A stretch of 51,253 nt of DNA, filler included, from Anaerolineae bacterium (lineage in GTDB: Bacteria; Chloroflexota; Anaerolineae; Epilineales; Epilineaceae), in assembly GCA_029262755.1 (NCBI GenBank). It is 9 parts of 9 records of this genome, joined end to end, with 100 filler letters (N's around TTAATTAATTAA, not from the genome) between each part and the next. Parts side by side here need not be neighbours in the genome. Positions count along the whole stretch, not along the records: positions 26,012 to 31,147 come from JAJCYU010000421.1; positions 31,248 to 33,927 come from JAJCYU010000422.1; positions 34,028 to 37,355 come from JAJCYU010000423.1; positions 37,456 to 42,675 come from JAJCYU010000425.1; 5 more parts are not named here. One strand, written 5' to 3'. The notes beneath the pieces were generated by a model. It saw only the letters and a list, made by a program, of their open reading frames with translations. It was not told the origin of the DNA and did not search any database. The number at the start of each line of letters is the position of its first letter. Positions within the stretch are counted from its first letter, which is position 1. Below are positions 28,099-39,390 of this stretch, piece after piece. Position numbers and translations under genes: made by a program.

Positions 28099-31000
28099 AT
28101 GACCAAGCGATGTTCCGTCAGCCGGAGGCCACGGCGCTCCTCTGTAAACGCAACCGTTCGTCGCGAAAAGCCGCGCGGCACGCACGCCCTCGTAGGGGTG
28201 TTCGCCGCGGCGGCCTGCGTGTTCCTTGTGCATGCACCGCGCACGAGTGCGATCCCACGGTCTGCGGAGCTCCCCGACGAAGGCGCGACCGCCGAGGCCA
28301 CCACCGTCGCAAGATCCGACGTGGAAACATACCCAGCCGGTCTCCGGGCAGCCACCGACAGCGTCGACCAGGCAGCCCTACAACCGGGCTCGCGAGATGA
28401 ACCGCTGTTTACGATCTCGGAAGGGCCAACGGGTCTCTCGAGCCGATACGGCTACCCGGTCAACGCCGCTGTAGGCAAGGACGGCCACTGGTATGTCCTC
28501 AGCAATTCCGGCGAGATCGCACGGCTGAACGCACGTGGTCAGCTCCTGGATCGGTGGAGGAGTGCGGCGCGGGGTGACGGACGTCGGGAGAACGAACCCC
28601 GGATCGCCGCGTCGCCGAGCGGCGCCGTATGGAGCATCGCGCGGGATGGCAATGTGGATGTCTTTGACGCGATCGGCGTAGCGCAAGCACGCTGGTGGTT
28701 GCCGAAGCAGACGCAAGTGCTCGATGCTTCGGGCGTCGATGGCGAGCAGCTGCTCGTGCTGGCAGAGAACGGCGAGGTCATGCGCCTGGATGTCCACGGC
28801 CGCGAGATCGACCGCTGGTCCGTGCCCGGACTTCGCCCCCGCGCGATCGCCGCTCATGAGGATTGGGGCGTGTGGTTGTTCGAGCTGCCAGGTGGCCGGA
28901 TCGTTCGTACGGACCGTAGCGGGCAGGTGCTCGCCGAACGCGACGGCGTGCCTGAACCGTGGCCAGATTCCGCTCCGCCCGATCGTATGTATGCGGCTGT
29001 CAACGCAGTTGGGGCGATGATCGTGCGAGCGGGCTTGATTTGGTATGCAAACGGCCCTGAGGATTCGCTTCGCCCTGTCCAGGCCCAAAACAAGAACAGT
29101 TTTGTGTTCGACGAGGATGGGTCAGCCCTTATCCTCCACCACGCTCTCCATGGCTGGCGAGTTACATCGACGGCGGATGATGAACTGTCCGTGATCCGCT
29201 GGTTCGCACCGGGTTATCTACCGGAACCGGGACTGGACATCGCGGCGGCGAGCGACGGTCACTACGTCGTCCTCAGCCCATCGTACGTCGCAACGTTCGA
29301 CCCCTTCGGCCGGTCTCTCGGGCGCGCCAGAACGCAATGGGCGCCTGCGCCGGACGCGGACGAAGCGGGGGCGGGCCGGCAATACCGGATCGCGCTGGCT
29401 CCTGACGGTTCGCGTTGGATCTGTACGACGCAGAGCCTTCTCCGTGTGTCCATCGATGGGCGTGTGCTGGGAGAACGTACGTGGGACACGTTCTTCGACA
29501 CCCGTGCTCTTGGACCGGCTATGCAGGGCTGCGCCATGGACACCATCGCGGACGGCGCGGTCCTGCTGTTCTCACAGATTCACGCGCGACTCGTGCGAAT
29601 CGACGAGTCGCTCCAGGTTGCCGATTCATGGACGATGGGTGCATTGGAGGGCATGGAGGCTCCCGATCTAGCCGTGTTGTCCGACGGGACCATCGCCATC
29701 GTGGAATCCAGTCTCCGATATGTCCTGCGTGTATCGGAACAGGGTGTTCGACTTCCGGACTGGCCGCTGCCGGAGTCATTCGTTGCCACGCGCGTCGCGG
29801 CTAGTCCCGCAGGTGGCGCTCTGTTCGTCGATCAGAGCCGAGCGGCCATGCTGCAGGTCGATTCCGAGGGTCGCGTGCAGTCCATGCGGCCAACGAACGC
29901 GGCCGTGACTCAATTCGCGGTGGCGGCGAACGGAGATTTCCTGACCCTGACCTCGGATTCATTCGGTCTGCGGTCGAGCGCGAACGGCCATGTACGACAG
30001 GATTGGCACTGGGACCTCGATCTGTCGCCTCTCCGATTCGGGGGCGTAGCCGTAGACAACATGGGCCGGTTGCTGGCAAGCACGGCCAGCGGCAGACTCT
30101 TGCGAAGATACGGTGGGTCTGGACAGTTGCAAGCCGTGTGGCCTGCGCAGAGCACCCCGTCGCCGATCCTTTCCGGTCAGGACATGCGCCGGCTGGAGGC
30201 GAAGGCCGCGGATTCATTCGAGGGTCTCTCCGTTTCGTCTGAAACCCTGTCTCGTCTCGCGAGCCCGCCAGCGGTGGCATTTGGGCTGGATCGCGCTTCC
30301 GACGGGCGCATTTGTGCCCCGCGGGTCGGGCGTGTCAACGCCATTCTTTGCTATGCGCCCGACGGTACGCCCGAGGAAGCCTTAGAGAGCGGCCCCCGTT
30401 CCGAGACCCTCGAGTTCATGCACTCGGGCTTCGCAGCCGACGTTGCGTTCGGCCTTGATGACACGTTGTGGGTTGTAGAAGGCGGTGCGGGCCGAATGCG
30501 GGGCTTCCGCGAAGACGGGGCGATTCTTTCGCCGCACCCACCACCCGGCGTAGCGGAAGATACCTGGTATCCCACGGGCATCGCGGTCGCACCGGACGGC
30601 ACGATCGTGGTGTCGGACCAAGCAGCGCGGCCCCTTGCGCGCTACGACGCGAGAGGCCGCTATCTCCACGGTATCGGCGGTTCGGACCCCGCGCTGGGCG
30701 GTTTGCAACAGCCCAGTGGTGTATCGGTTGCCGCCGGGCGGATCGATGTCGCGGACGATCGTGCCCAACGCGTAGCGAGCTACGCGTTGAACGGCGAGTT
30801 CCTCGGTACCTGGGCCGCACGGAGCGCGTCCTGGCCGCTCGACGTCGCGCGGGCAGCCGATGGTCGCGCCTACGTAGGGCGCTTTCAGGGCGTCGATGTC
30901 TACGAGGCCGATGACGATCGGCGCTGGGCGGTGGCGATTGCGGCACACGCGTGGTCGTCCGACGATCCTGTGTGGCGCGACATGGCGGCCGATGTGCGCG

Positions 31001-31147
31001 TTCCCGGCCCGCAACCACCGTGGCTGCACGTCGTTGCCGACCCCGTTTGGCAGTTCCGCCGCCGCATCGTGCGCGAGCGGGACGACGGACCGCTGCGCCG
31101 CTGGCGCATCGACGCAACCGGCCGCGTCCGGCTCCGCGCGGGCGACC
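28099..31147 (+). CDS. Large secreted NHL-repeat (beta-propeller) protein, 3'-partial
   Basis: Repeated P-x-G/D-IAVAPDG-x-I-x-VSD units; N-terminal hydrophobic segment. Start codon uncertain. Confidence 0.75.
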
Positions 31148-31247
31148 NNNNNNNNNNNNNNNNNNNNNNNNNNNNNNNNNNNNNNNNNNNNTTAATTAAT
31201 TAANNNNNNNNNNNNNNNNNNNNNNNNNNNNNNNNNNNNNNNNNNNN

Positions 31248-32350
31248 TGGATTACGTGCGCGAACGAAGGGCGCAGCCCAGACGCGCCGCGACCCGCCTC
31301 GTGCGCCGCTTGGCCCTCGTGCCGTTGGCGTCCGCTTTCGTAGCCTCGGCCATCGTTGCGGGCCCCATGATCCGTTGGGCGCTGGTGAAGCCGAACGACT
31401 ACTTCTCGCGCCTGTCGGCCTCCGGCCTGGCACAGACCGGTGGGCTCGACAGCGCGCTGTACCACGCCGGCGGCGGAGCGGCGGGCTCGCTGCGCGTGGG
31501 CCTGCGCCAGGCCGGCGACGCACTGCTCGCCTTCGTCGGCGCACCGGCGGACCAGTTCTACTTCTCCGACTTCCCGATGCTCGACGTCACGTGGGGCGCG
31601 TTGTTTGTGCTCGGCGTGACCCTCGCGCTCGTGCGGCCCCGCGATGTCCGGCTGTCCTGGCCTCTGTGGAGCGTGGTCGTGGCCATGGCCCTGCTTGGAG
31701 CATCGATCCATAGCTCCACCAGTGCCTACCGCGTGACCGGCGTGCTGCCTTCCGCGGCGATCCTCGCCGCCGTCGCGTTGGGACTTCTGGTCGAGGGCGC
31801 CCTTCGGCCCTTCGAACGGACGCGCCCCATCGCATCCACACGGCCGACGCGCAACCTGCTGGTAGCGCTCGTTGCAGGGGGTATTGCTGGCTTCCAGCTA
31901 TGGGCCTATGCGGGCGTATTCGCACCGGGTTGCACCTACTTCGATCTCAACACGGCCCGCGCCTCGCTCTTGGCCCGTGATCTTTACGCGGCGCCGGGCG
32001 CTGCGCCGCAAGCGTTCGTGTTCGGCGAACCGGCCTTTGATCCCCGCGTCTACGACAGCGTCGCGTATCTGACCGACCGGCGCGTGTTGCGGCTCGAAGA
32101 ACTGTCCGCGTCCGATCCGCAGCCCGGCACGGACGAAGGGCGCGGCGCTATCTTCAGCGTGGAAGCGAACTTCGATCCGCAGAGGCTGGCCCACGCGCTC
32201 GGCCTGATCGGCGCGGAACCTTTCCGGATCTACGTGCACCCGGATCGGATCGCGGATCTCGCGCCGGTTCAACGGGCCTTGTCCGATGGCACGCATCGGT
32301 CCATCCCTCGCTGCGAATGGCCCGGCGTGGAAGTTTGGGAACGCGAGTAG
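31248..32350 (+). CDS. C-terminal part of a membrane glycosyltransferase-like (ArnT/PMT-type) protein, 5'-partial
   Basis: Multiple TMs; PMLDVTWGALFVLG and YRVTGVLP motifs; soluble C-terminal tail. Confidence 0.55.
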
Positions 32351-32362
32351 GACGGGCGAAGC

Positions 32363-33286
32363 TCAGGTCAGCACGGCGCGCGCGACCTTGTACATCTCCT
32401 CGGCCATGTCCACGAGCTTCGCGGTCTCGAGCTGATCGACGTCGTAGCTCGGCCGAGGATCGGTGAGTTCCGCCAGCACGAGATCATCGATTTCCACCAT
32501 GCCCATGGCCTTGAGCGCGCGGATGAAGCCACCCTTCATCCGCTGGCGGCGTCGGCGCAGACCGTGTAGCCAGTCGTCGTCGAACTCGACGAAGCCGATG
32601 CGGCGCATCGAAAGCAAGGTGTCGTACAAACCGCCGCGCGGCGGGACGCCCGCAACCCTCCCGGCCACCTCAAGATAGCCGCGCCGTTGCTCCTCTGGCT
32701 GCGACTCGTCCAACACGAGCAGCCGCCCGATGGTGTTGCGAACGAAGGATCGGAAGGCCGGCTCGTTGGAGCTGTCGCGCAGGGTCGGTTCGAACAAGAC
32801 CGCAAGACCGGTGGTGGCCGCCGCGCCCGGAATCGTGGTGAAGATGGTGAACAGGGGTACCGCGCTGACGGCAAGCTCGGAAGGCCGGCTGACCATGGCC
32901 TGCCAGGGGTGCCGCGCCAACGTGATCCCACGCAGTACGCCCAATTCGCTGAGCGGAATCTCGCGTCGTTCCCCGGCCCCGTCCGCGAAGACGTAGCGCA
33001 CGTGATCCTCCGCGATGCGTCCGCCTGTATCCGCGAAATCGATAGCAGGTCCGGTCATCACGTAATTGACGGGCACGAGCTCGGTGAACGGCACTTTGCG
33101 CACTCCCAGCCCGGCCGACCGGTACGCCGCCAGGGCCTCACGCGGTCTGGGTGCAAGCTGTTCCAATCGATTGGACGCGACGGGCAAGCCGTCTTCGTTC
33201 CATCCGATGAACAACGTTCGGCCACGCATGCCCTTCGCGGTGCTCATCACGGCGGCGGCCAACGATTCGATCGTGGGTGTGCTCAC
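32363..33286 (-). CDS. Hypothetical protein
   Basis: 307-aa ORF with normal amino-acid composition and GC3 bias; no family recognised. Confidence 0.7.
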   Translation of the reverse strand: MSTPTIESLAAAVMSTAKGMRGRTLFIGWNEDGLPVASNRLEQLAPRPREALAAYRSAGLGVRKVPFTELVPVNYVMTGPAIDFADTGGRIAEDHVRYVFADGAGERREIPLSELGVLRGITLARHPWQAMVSRPSELAVSAVPLFTIFTTIPGAAATTGLAVLFEPTLRDSSNEPAFRSFVRNTIGRLLVLDESQPEEQRRGYLEVAGRVAGVPPRGGLYDTLLSMRRIGFVEFDDDWLHGLRRRRQRMKGGFIRALKAMGMVEIDDLVLAELTDPRPSYDVDQLETAKLVDMAEEMYKVARAVLT

Positions 33287-33458
33287 GACGATAGGCTAGC
33301 GAGGCGTAGGGATGCGGTCAACGCGGAAGGGACGAGGCCGCGTGGCCCCGTCCCTTGCTTTCTCGGCGCCCAGGAGGACACCGGTCGTGTATGGAGGCGT
33401 GAATCGCGCCGATTCGCGTGCGCTCGTGCGCGGCTACGAAGTGCGCGGCGACGCCAAC

Positions 33459-33927
33459 CTACATCCCCGTCCGCTCGACCTCGACATCGCTGTCGCCGAA
33501 GCGCTTGTTCAGATAGGCACGCGCCACGTCGACACCGCCGAGACCGATCGCCAGACCGGCGGCCAAGGCAACGCCGAGGCTGAGCCCGTCGATGATCTCG
33601 GTGAACGCGCGACCCACGACGTCGCCGCCGATGTTGAGTTCCTGGAAGCCGATTACCGCCGCCAGCACGATCACCGCGACCTGCGCGATGCGCGCCAACG
33701 TGGCCGTGTGCTCACCGCCGATGCCACTGCCGAGCACGATGTTGCGCAGCGCGTTGGCGAAGTAGATGCCTACACCCAAGACCACCGTGGCCAGGATCAC
33801 GTTGCCGCTGAAGTCGATCAGCTGCCGGATCACGTCTCCGAGGCCCTCAAAGCCCATCTGGCCAGCGGCTTCCATGGCTGCAAACAGCATGATGAACACG
33901 AGCGCGACATAGCCCGCGATCTCGGAC
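33459..33927 (-). CDS. Conserved TM-helix repeat (mechanosensitive-channel-associated, CmpX-like) protein, 5'-partial
   Basis: AQVAVIVLAAVIGFQELNIGGDVV...LAAGLAIGLGGVDVA. Confidence 0.7.
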
Positions 33928-34027
33928 NNNNNNNNNNNNNNNNNNNNNNNNNNNNNNNNNNNNNNNNNNNNTTAATTAATTAANNNNNNNNNNNNNNNNN
34001 NNNNNNNNNNNNNNNNNNNNNNNNNNN

Positions 34028-34533
34028 CATTCATCACCAGAATAAAACTTATAGGTAAAACTCTTACCAATAGAATTAGAACGCCGCACAGCCTTTATCA
34101 CGTACTCTGCAAGCTGTTGAAGCTCTCTTGCCAGACAACGGACATCCTGGGTTATCAAATAGATGTCACAACCCAAATGACGATGCATTTGAAAGAAAAG
34201 AAACACCTTAACATCATAAAACTTACGGTGAAAGTAATTACCACTCTGCGCTTCATCAATAATATAAATAACATTAGAGTTCATGCAAAAGGTCTCTTGA
34301 TATTTGTTATCGAAAAAAGATGATAGTCCACCAGCATCAGCAATATATTTGTCCAGGTCTTCGCCAAGTTTCATATTCTTGATATTTGTATAAACTCTAA
34401 CATCAATATTCTTTTCTTTAGAAACCCAAGAGTCTAATTCATCAGACCATGTGTAATAAGATTTTAGTACATGATTAACGGCATAGTAGGTCTTACCGGA
34501 ACCTATTTTTCCCTGAATTAATCGTATAGCCAT
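34028..34533 (-). CDS. Inovirus pI/Zot-like morphogenesis ATPase, 3'-partial
   Basis: Walker A GKIGSGKTY, Walker B IIDEAQ and QMHRHLGCDIYLITQ. Confidence 0.92.
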
Positions 34534-34534
34534 T

Positions 34535-35926
34535 TTATATTTTCCTCACAAATCTAAGTTTCTGATTTTCAAAGTCTTTTTCATTAAAGAGAATTTCAAC
34601 AGAAAGAAGCAAAATCAGCTCTGTTTTTGTTTTATTGATATCCTCAGACCTGAACATTTTTCCAAGATAAGGAATATCACCAAGAAGCGGTATTTTTCTG
34701 ACTTTCTTATTCATAGAATTTTCCATTAAACCACCTACATAAATTTTCTGTCCGTCATTAATCAATGTAGTCATTTCAAGTGAGTTTTTAGTAAATGATG
34801 GTGAGTCTATTAAAGGATTCTGAACAGTTTGTATAATGTTACTAATTTCTTGACTAAGATATAATTTTACAACATTGTTTTCTTCAACATCAACCTTGAC
34901 GTTAAGTATTACACCAACATCTCGATATTCGATATTCTCAGACCTTAAACCATTTTCGGATACGGAAGTACCTTTTCGAATAGGTTCAGACCTTCCAATC
35001 TTAATTACTGAGGTTTGCCCATCCTGGACTAATACATGGGGCTTCGAAAGTATCTCTACTCTGCTTTCAGAATTTAAAATGGTTATGAATGAATTTACAT
35101 CTCTGTGAAATGTAAAAGCACTGAGACCCTTACCAGCTAGGCCAGTGGTTAAGGACGTTATTCCCTCTGTTAATAAAGATACTTGACCGCCTCTATTATT
35201 ATTTGTATTAAAGAAGTACTCTACACCATATTGAAGCGCATCATTTAAAGTTACTTCCATAATGGTAAATTCAACCAGAACCTGTTTAGGCCGTTTATCA
35301 AAGGTTTTAATGACATCCTTAACTTTTTGATAATCGTCAATACTGGCCTTAATGATTAATACATTGATACTTCTGTTTTCAGTAATAGCAATTTCAGGAA
35401 AGACATCATTTAGTAAAGATTTAAGGTTTTCCGAGCTTTCATATTGCAGGCGATAGAGATAAACGTTCTTTGTGTCATCCGGTGAAATTTGTATATTAAG
35501 ATCGTTCAGGTTTTCATTGTTATGAATCCCATACAAAGCACCATTTTTAATCAGTTGATAGTTTTTACTATTTAGAACGGTACTAACCATTTTGAGAATT
35601 TCATCTCTTTTGAATTTTCCTTTTATTTCGATATCTACGTAACCGATTAGATCATCTACTATGATATAATTCTCTTTGATAATACCCATCAAGAGACTAA
35701 CAACGTCTTTGAGTTCAACTTGTTCAAATTGCATATCAACGTCAATGCCACCTTTCTTAAGTTCTGGTTTAGTCTTACCGTCTTTGACCTTCCATTGCCA
35801 GCTTTCTACATTTTTTGTTTTGGCCGTATTTGTAAAAAGTTTTTTCTCTGGTTTCTTCTTCAAAAAAGCGCATCCCGGAGTAAAAAAACATATTACAAAT
35901 ACTAAGGCACAAAGTTTTCTGAGCAT
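34535..35926 (-). CDS. Secretin (pIV/GspD family) with a lipoprotein-like signal peptide
   Basis: AAGGAAG RBS before ATG 35926; N0- and N3-like domains; KQVLVEFTIMEV, IEYRDVGVIL and KIPLLGDIPYLGKMFRS...KTELILLL motifs. Confidence 0.92.
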   Translation of the reverse strand: MLRKLCALVFVICFFTPGCAFLKKKPEKKLFTNTAKTKNVESWQWKVKDGKTKPELKKGGIDVDMQFEQVELKDVVSLLMGIIKENYIIVDDLIGYVDIEIKGKFKRDEILKMVSTVLNSKNYQLIKNGALYGIHNNENLNDLNIQISPDDTKNVYLYRLQYESSENLKSLLNDVFPEIAITENRSINVLIIKASIDDYQKVKDVIKTFDKRPKQVLVEFTIMEVTLNDALQYGVEYFFNTNNNRGGQVSLLTEGITSLTTGLAGKGLSAFTFHRDVNSFITILNSESRVEILSKPHVLVQDGQTSVIKIGRSEPIRKGTSVSENGLRSENIEYRDVGVILNVKVDVEENNVVKLYLSQEISNIIQTVQNPLIDSPSFTKNSLEMTTLINDGQKIYVGGLMENSMNKKVRKIPLLGDIPYLGKMFRSEDINKTKTELILLLSVEILFNEKDFENQKLRFVRKI

Positions 35927-36123
35927 TATTGAGACTTCCTTTTTAATATTGAAATTTCTGGAAGTAAAAAAAATCACGCCAATAAAAGCGTTTGTCATGA
36001 TTTCATATACTTCCAGAAACATTTAGTTTAAAAGCATTGATAAAAAACGTAAAAGAAAAGGTATTTATGATTTTCATTTCCGTTTTTTATAACAGATCAG
36101 GGATATACGATTTCAGTGGTTGT

Positions 36124-36459
36124 CTATAACCGGACAAAGGGGATCATCCTGATTGCCATTCTAAAAGCAACCGCAGACATAATGAGCGAAAATCCTTCAA
36201 CGATTTTCAGGTGAACGGCAAACCATGCCGTAATGCCGGTAAAATTGATTAGATAGCTATTGACGCCGTAAGTGCCATCAATAGTGTTTAACGTCCCCAT
36301 AACACCTTCAATCAACATATAGATAAGACGGCTAAAAAGAACAGGTAGAACCGTTATAACTATTGTCCATATGAATAACTTCATCGCAGTGAACCGGACA
36401 ACGCTATATCCTACCCAACTACCAAAGGCCGAAAGTAACCAACTTAATAATGCAGGCAT
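36124..36459 (-). CDS. Inovirus minor coat protein pVI-like
   Basis: 111 aa, hydrophobic, ending in IMSAVAFRMAIRMIPFVRL; lies directly after the pIII-like gene; AGGGAG RBS. Confidence 0.8.
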   Translation of the reverse strand: MPALLSWLLSAFGSWVGYSVVRFTAMKLFIWTIVITVLPVLFSRLIYMLIEGVMGTLNTIDGTYGVNSYLINFTGITAWFAVHLKIVEGFSLIMSAVAFRMAIRMIPFVRL

Positions 36460-36472
36460 TTGTTAAACTCCC

Positions 36473-37355
36473 TTAAATTCCCATCGCTATAAAAACAGCC
36501 CTTATGGCCATTAAACCCAATACAAAACTACCAAACAAATCGACCATCCAATCAAGTGAACAAAAATCAATACTCATACTTTTTCCAAATAACGTTAAAG
36601 GAAGTGAGCACGTTGCACCAGTAACGTTAATCTGGCTACCAGTGGCTAGAAGTACCAGAGGATTAGAGGCCAGATATCCGGTTATTAAGCCAGTCCAATC
36701 CGTTTCCCCAACATCAGTTGGAGAACCCGGAAGACTTGCATCATAGGTAGAACTATCGGCAGAGCCAATAGAACCATAGACAGTACCAACAGGAATAGAG
36801 CCTGTACTATCAAGACCTGATATGTCATCTATACCGTCTTGATTAGCATCAGTAAAATTTCCTGGAGGTTGTGAAACCGGAGTTCCAGTGCCACATACAC
36901 CACCATAATCAATACCAGTTTCGTCTTGATTCATTATTCCATCAGAACAAGTCTCGGCAGGGGGGCACACAAGACCAAAGTTTAATTCACAAACTCCACC
37001 GCAATCAATACCAGTTTCATCCTGATTCTGGATACCATCAAAACAATCCGGCAATTGTGGAACATCCTCTATAAAATCGTATAAATCAACAGGATTTCCA
37101 TTTATTGATCCTGAATTTACATTTCCAAGACCACTTGGCTGAATATCGAAAGGTAATTCAAAGCCTTGAGTTTCATGAAACACATCATTATAATTAGCAT
37201 TTATACTGTCGGTGTAACATTTAACATTAACACTCGTACCAAAACCAGCACTCATATACTCACAATATTCATTTTGTGAACTACTTAAACTTGCATCTAC
37301 ATATTGTTGAGTCATTTGTACATTAGTAGCTGATACATTTATGGCCATACCCGGA
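36473..37355 (-). CDS. Inovirus attachment protein pIII-like, probably 5'-partial
   Basis: Gly/Asp/Ser-rich linkers, C-terminal C...IDFC pair and terminal TM anchor; position before pVI. Confidence 0.75.
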
Positions 37356-37525
37356 NNNNNNNNNNNNNNNNNNNNNNNNNNNNNNNNNNNNNNNNNNNNT
37401 TAATTAATTAANNNNNNNNNNNNNNNNNNNNNNNNNNNNNNNNNNNNNNNNNNNNTGGGGTTTGGCCCGTACACGCGGGTGGGGTATGGGTAGTAATGGC
37501 GTGCGGGGGTGTAACTAAACCGTGC

Positions 37526-37547
37526 GGCCGGCGCTCACGCGCCGGCC
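37526..37547 (+). terminator. GC-rich hairpin just after a TAA near the contig start
   Basis: ggccggcgc-tcac-gcgccggcc; weak U-tract. Confidence 0.35.
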
Positions 37548-38197
37548 TCTCGCGATTCCATGGCCTGGATTCACGCTGGGATCGGCGGCACGAACGGCCC
37601 CCACACCAGCGTGAACGCTTCGTCTCGTCGCTGCTCGTCGATCTCCTACATGCCAGATGCCCGCGAAGCATACTTCGCTGAGGTGCTCGCACAGGGAGAC
37701 GGCGTCCTCCGCTCTGCGCGCCCGTGAAGACCTCGCCGGCGCTGTACGGGCTGAAGATCATGAACTACGCGCCGTAGGAGCGAACGCCCTCGGCACCGTC
37801 TCTGGCCGTCGTCGCTCCTTCCCCGCCGATGGCGACCATGTCGACGCCTCGTCAACCGAGCGCCCTCAGATGCTCCACGGTCCTGATGCCCTTGCTGCAG
37901 GCCGTCTCGTCACGCCGTGACGGAAAGGGGGTCACGCCGTGAGACAGCTCCTGTCACGCTGTGGCGGCAGCTTGATCACGCCTTGGCACGAACCCGGGAA
38001 CGTCATGGTCTAGGTGACTTCAAACCGCGATACCTCCGGGTTGCGCCGCGGGAGGGAACCGGACGCGCGCCACAGGCGTTCAGCGATCGGCAAGGGGGAG
38101 CAACAGCATCGTCCTTGCACCCATCCGCTCCGCCCCGCCTCTCCATCACCGGCGCGCATCTTACCCTAGCGCGCCATTCAGCCACCAGGAGTGCGCC

Positions 38198-38599
38198 ATG
38201 GCCACCGAGATGTCCGCTCTTTCCGCCTACCGCCCCCGCGTCGTCGCCAAGCAAACCGTGGGCCTCGACGAGCTGGCCGAGCGCCTTGCGCGCGGCAGCC
38301 TCTTCGGGGCGTCCATCGCCCGCATGGTGCTCGAGGACCTGTGCGAGGCGACACACACCGCCCTACGACGCGGCGAGGCCGTAACACTGCCCGGTCTTGG
38401 GCGCATCAGCTTCGACGTGAAGCTGGACGGGCGCATGCGCCCCGTGGTGCGCGTGGACGGCTCGCTGCGCCGCGTCGTCCGCCGCGCCGACGACTACGCG
38501 GGGACGATCACGAACCGCGAGAGCATCGGGCGTAGCAGGGACGAGCTCATCGCGCGTTGGAACGCCGAGCATCCGGAGGATCCGGTGAGGGCATCGTAA
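38198..38599 (+). CDS. HU/IHF-like (histone-like) DNA-binding protein
   Basis: AGGAG RBS; LRRGEAVTLPGLGRISFDV core; C-terminal LIARWNAEHPEDPV. Confidence 0.75.
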   Translation: MATEMSALSAYRPRVVAKQTVGLDELAERLARGSLFGASIARMVLEDLCEATHTALRRGEAVTLPGLGRISFDVKLDGRMRPVVRVDGSLRRVVRRADDYAGTITNRESIGRSRDELIARWNAEHPEDPVRAS

Positions 38600-38658
38600 G
38601 CTCCTCCAGCCGAGAGTCGCGGCGATGGCAGCCCTTGTTACGCGGCATCAGACGTGGC

Positions 38659-38688
38659 GGAGGGGCGGTCCGGTGGGACCGCCCCTCC
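38659..38688. terminator. Perfect 13-bp-stem hairpin between convergent genes
   Basis: ggaggggcggtcc-ggtg-ggaccgcccctcc. Confidence 0.6.
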
Positions 38689-38798
38689 TGCAGTCCGGCA
38701 TTGGTTGGGTGAGATGCGAGGCTGCGATGGATACCGGGGTGCTGCCTACGCTCAGTGCGCGATGCGTTGGGCGGCTGTGCTGATCGCCGTGCACATCG

Positions 38799-39390
38799 CT
38801 ACGGCCGATGTACCTTGATGTTGCCGCCACCGATGACGGTACCATCGTAGCCGGTGTCGTTGCTGCCGAGCTTGTTGTCGTAGACCACGCCGTTGCCGGC
38901 GTCCTTGTCCCAGATCTTGATGCGGTAGGTGTCGCCACCGCTCGCACCGTTGCCGTTGTCGACGACCGTCAGCATGAAGCCGTAGTCGCCGCCGCCGTTG
39001 ATCGTGCCGGAGCCCTTGAACTTGCCCTTGTTGTGGCCAGGCGTAACCAGCCATTCGTACACGGTGGCCCTGAACTTCAGGTCGCCGGCCTTGAACTGGA
39101 ACTCGGTGCTGCCCACGGGCACGTTGGCGCCGTTGTGGTACTTGGCCACGAAGCCGAAGGTCGCCTTGCCGGTCAGGTCCTCGTCGGCCACGTAGGCGCC
39201 GGCCGGCGAGTCGATCCAGCCGCCGCCGGTGACGAAGCCGCCGTCGGGGTTGTAGACGACGACGTATAGCGTGACGGTCAGCACGTCGACGTTGTCCTCG
39301 CTGTCCGGATCGGGCTCGGTCAGGGTGAGCGACACGACGTATACGCCGGGCTCGTCGTAGGTGTGGCTGCCCGTGACGCTCTTCCCGTTC
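38799..39390 (-). pseudogene. 3' fragment of a secreted PKD plus post-COAP-like domain protein
   Basis: SVTGSHTYDEPGVYVVSLTL and FVTGGGWIDSPAGAY...IGGGNIKVH; no signal peptide, and the upstream sequence is the antisense of an ATPase gene. Confidence 0.7.

Larger units (their letters stand above)
34028..37355 (-). mobile_element. Filamentous phage (inovirus-like) structural and morphogenesis module, partial
   Basis: AT-rich contig with co-oriented pIII-like, pVI-like, secretin and Zot/pI genes. Confidence 0.88.

Noticed and set aside
26012..37355. Xer recombinase plus inovirus (or microvirus) as a Xer/dif-integrating system
   Set aside because: They are on different contigs with very different base composition, and I found no dif-like site.
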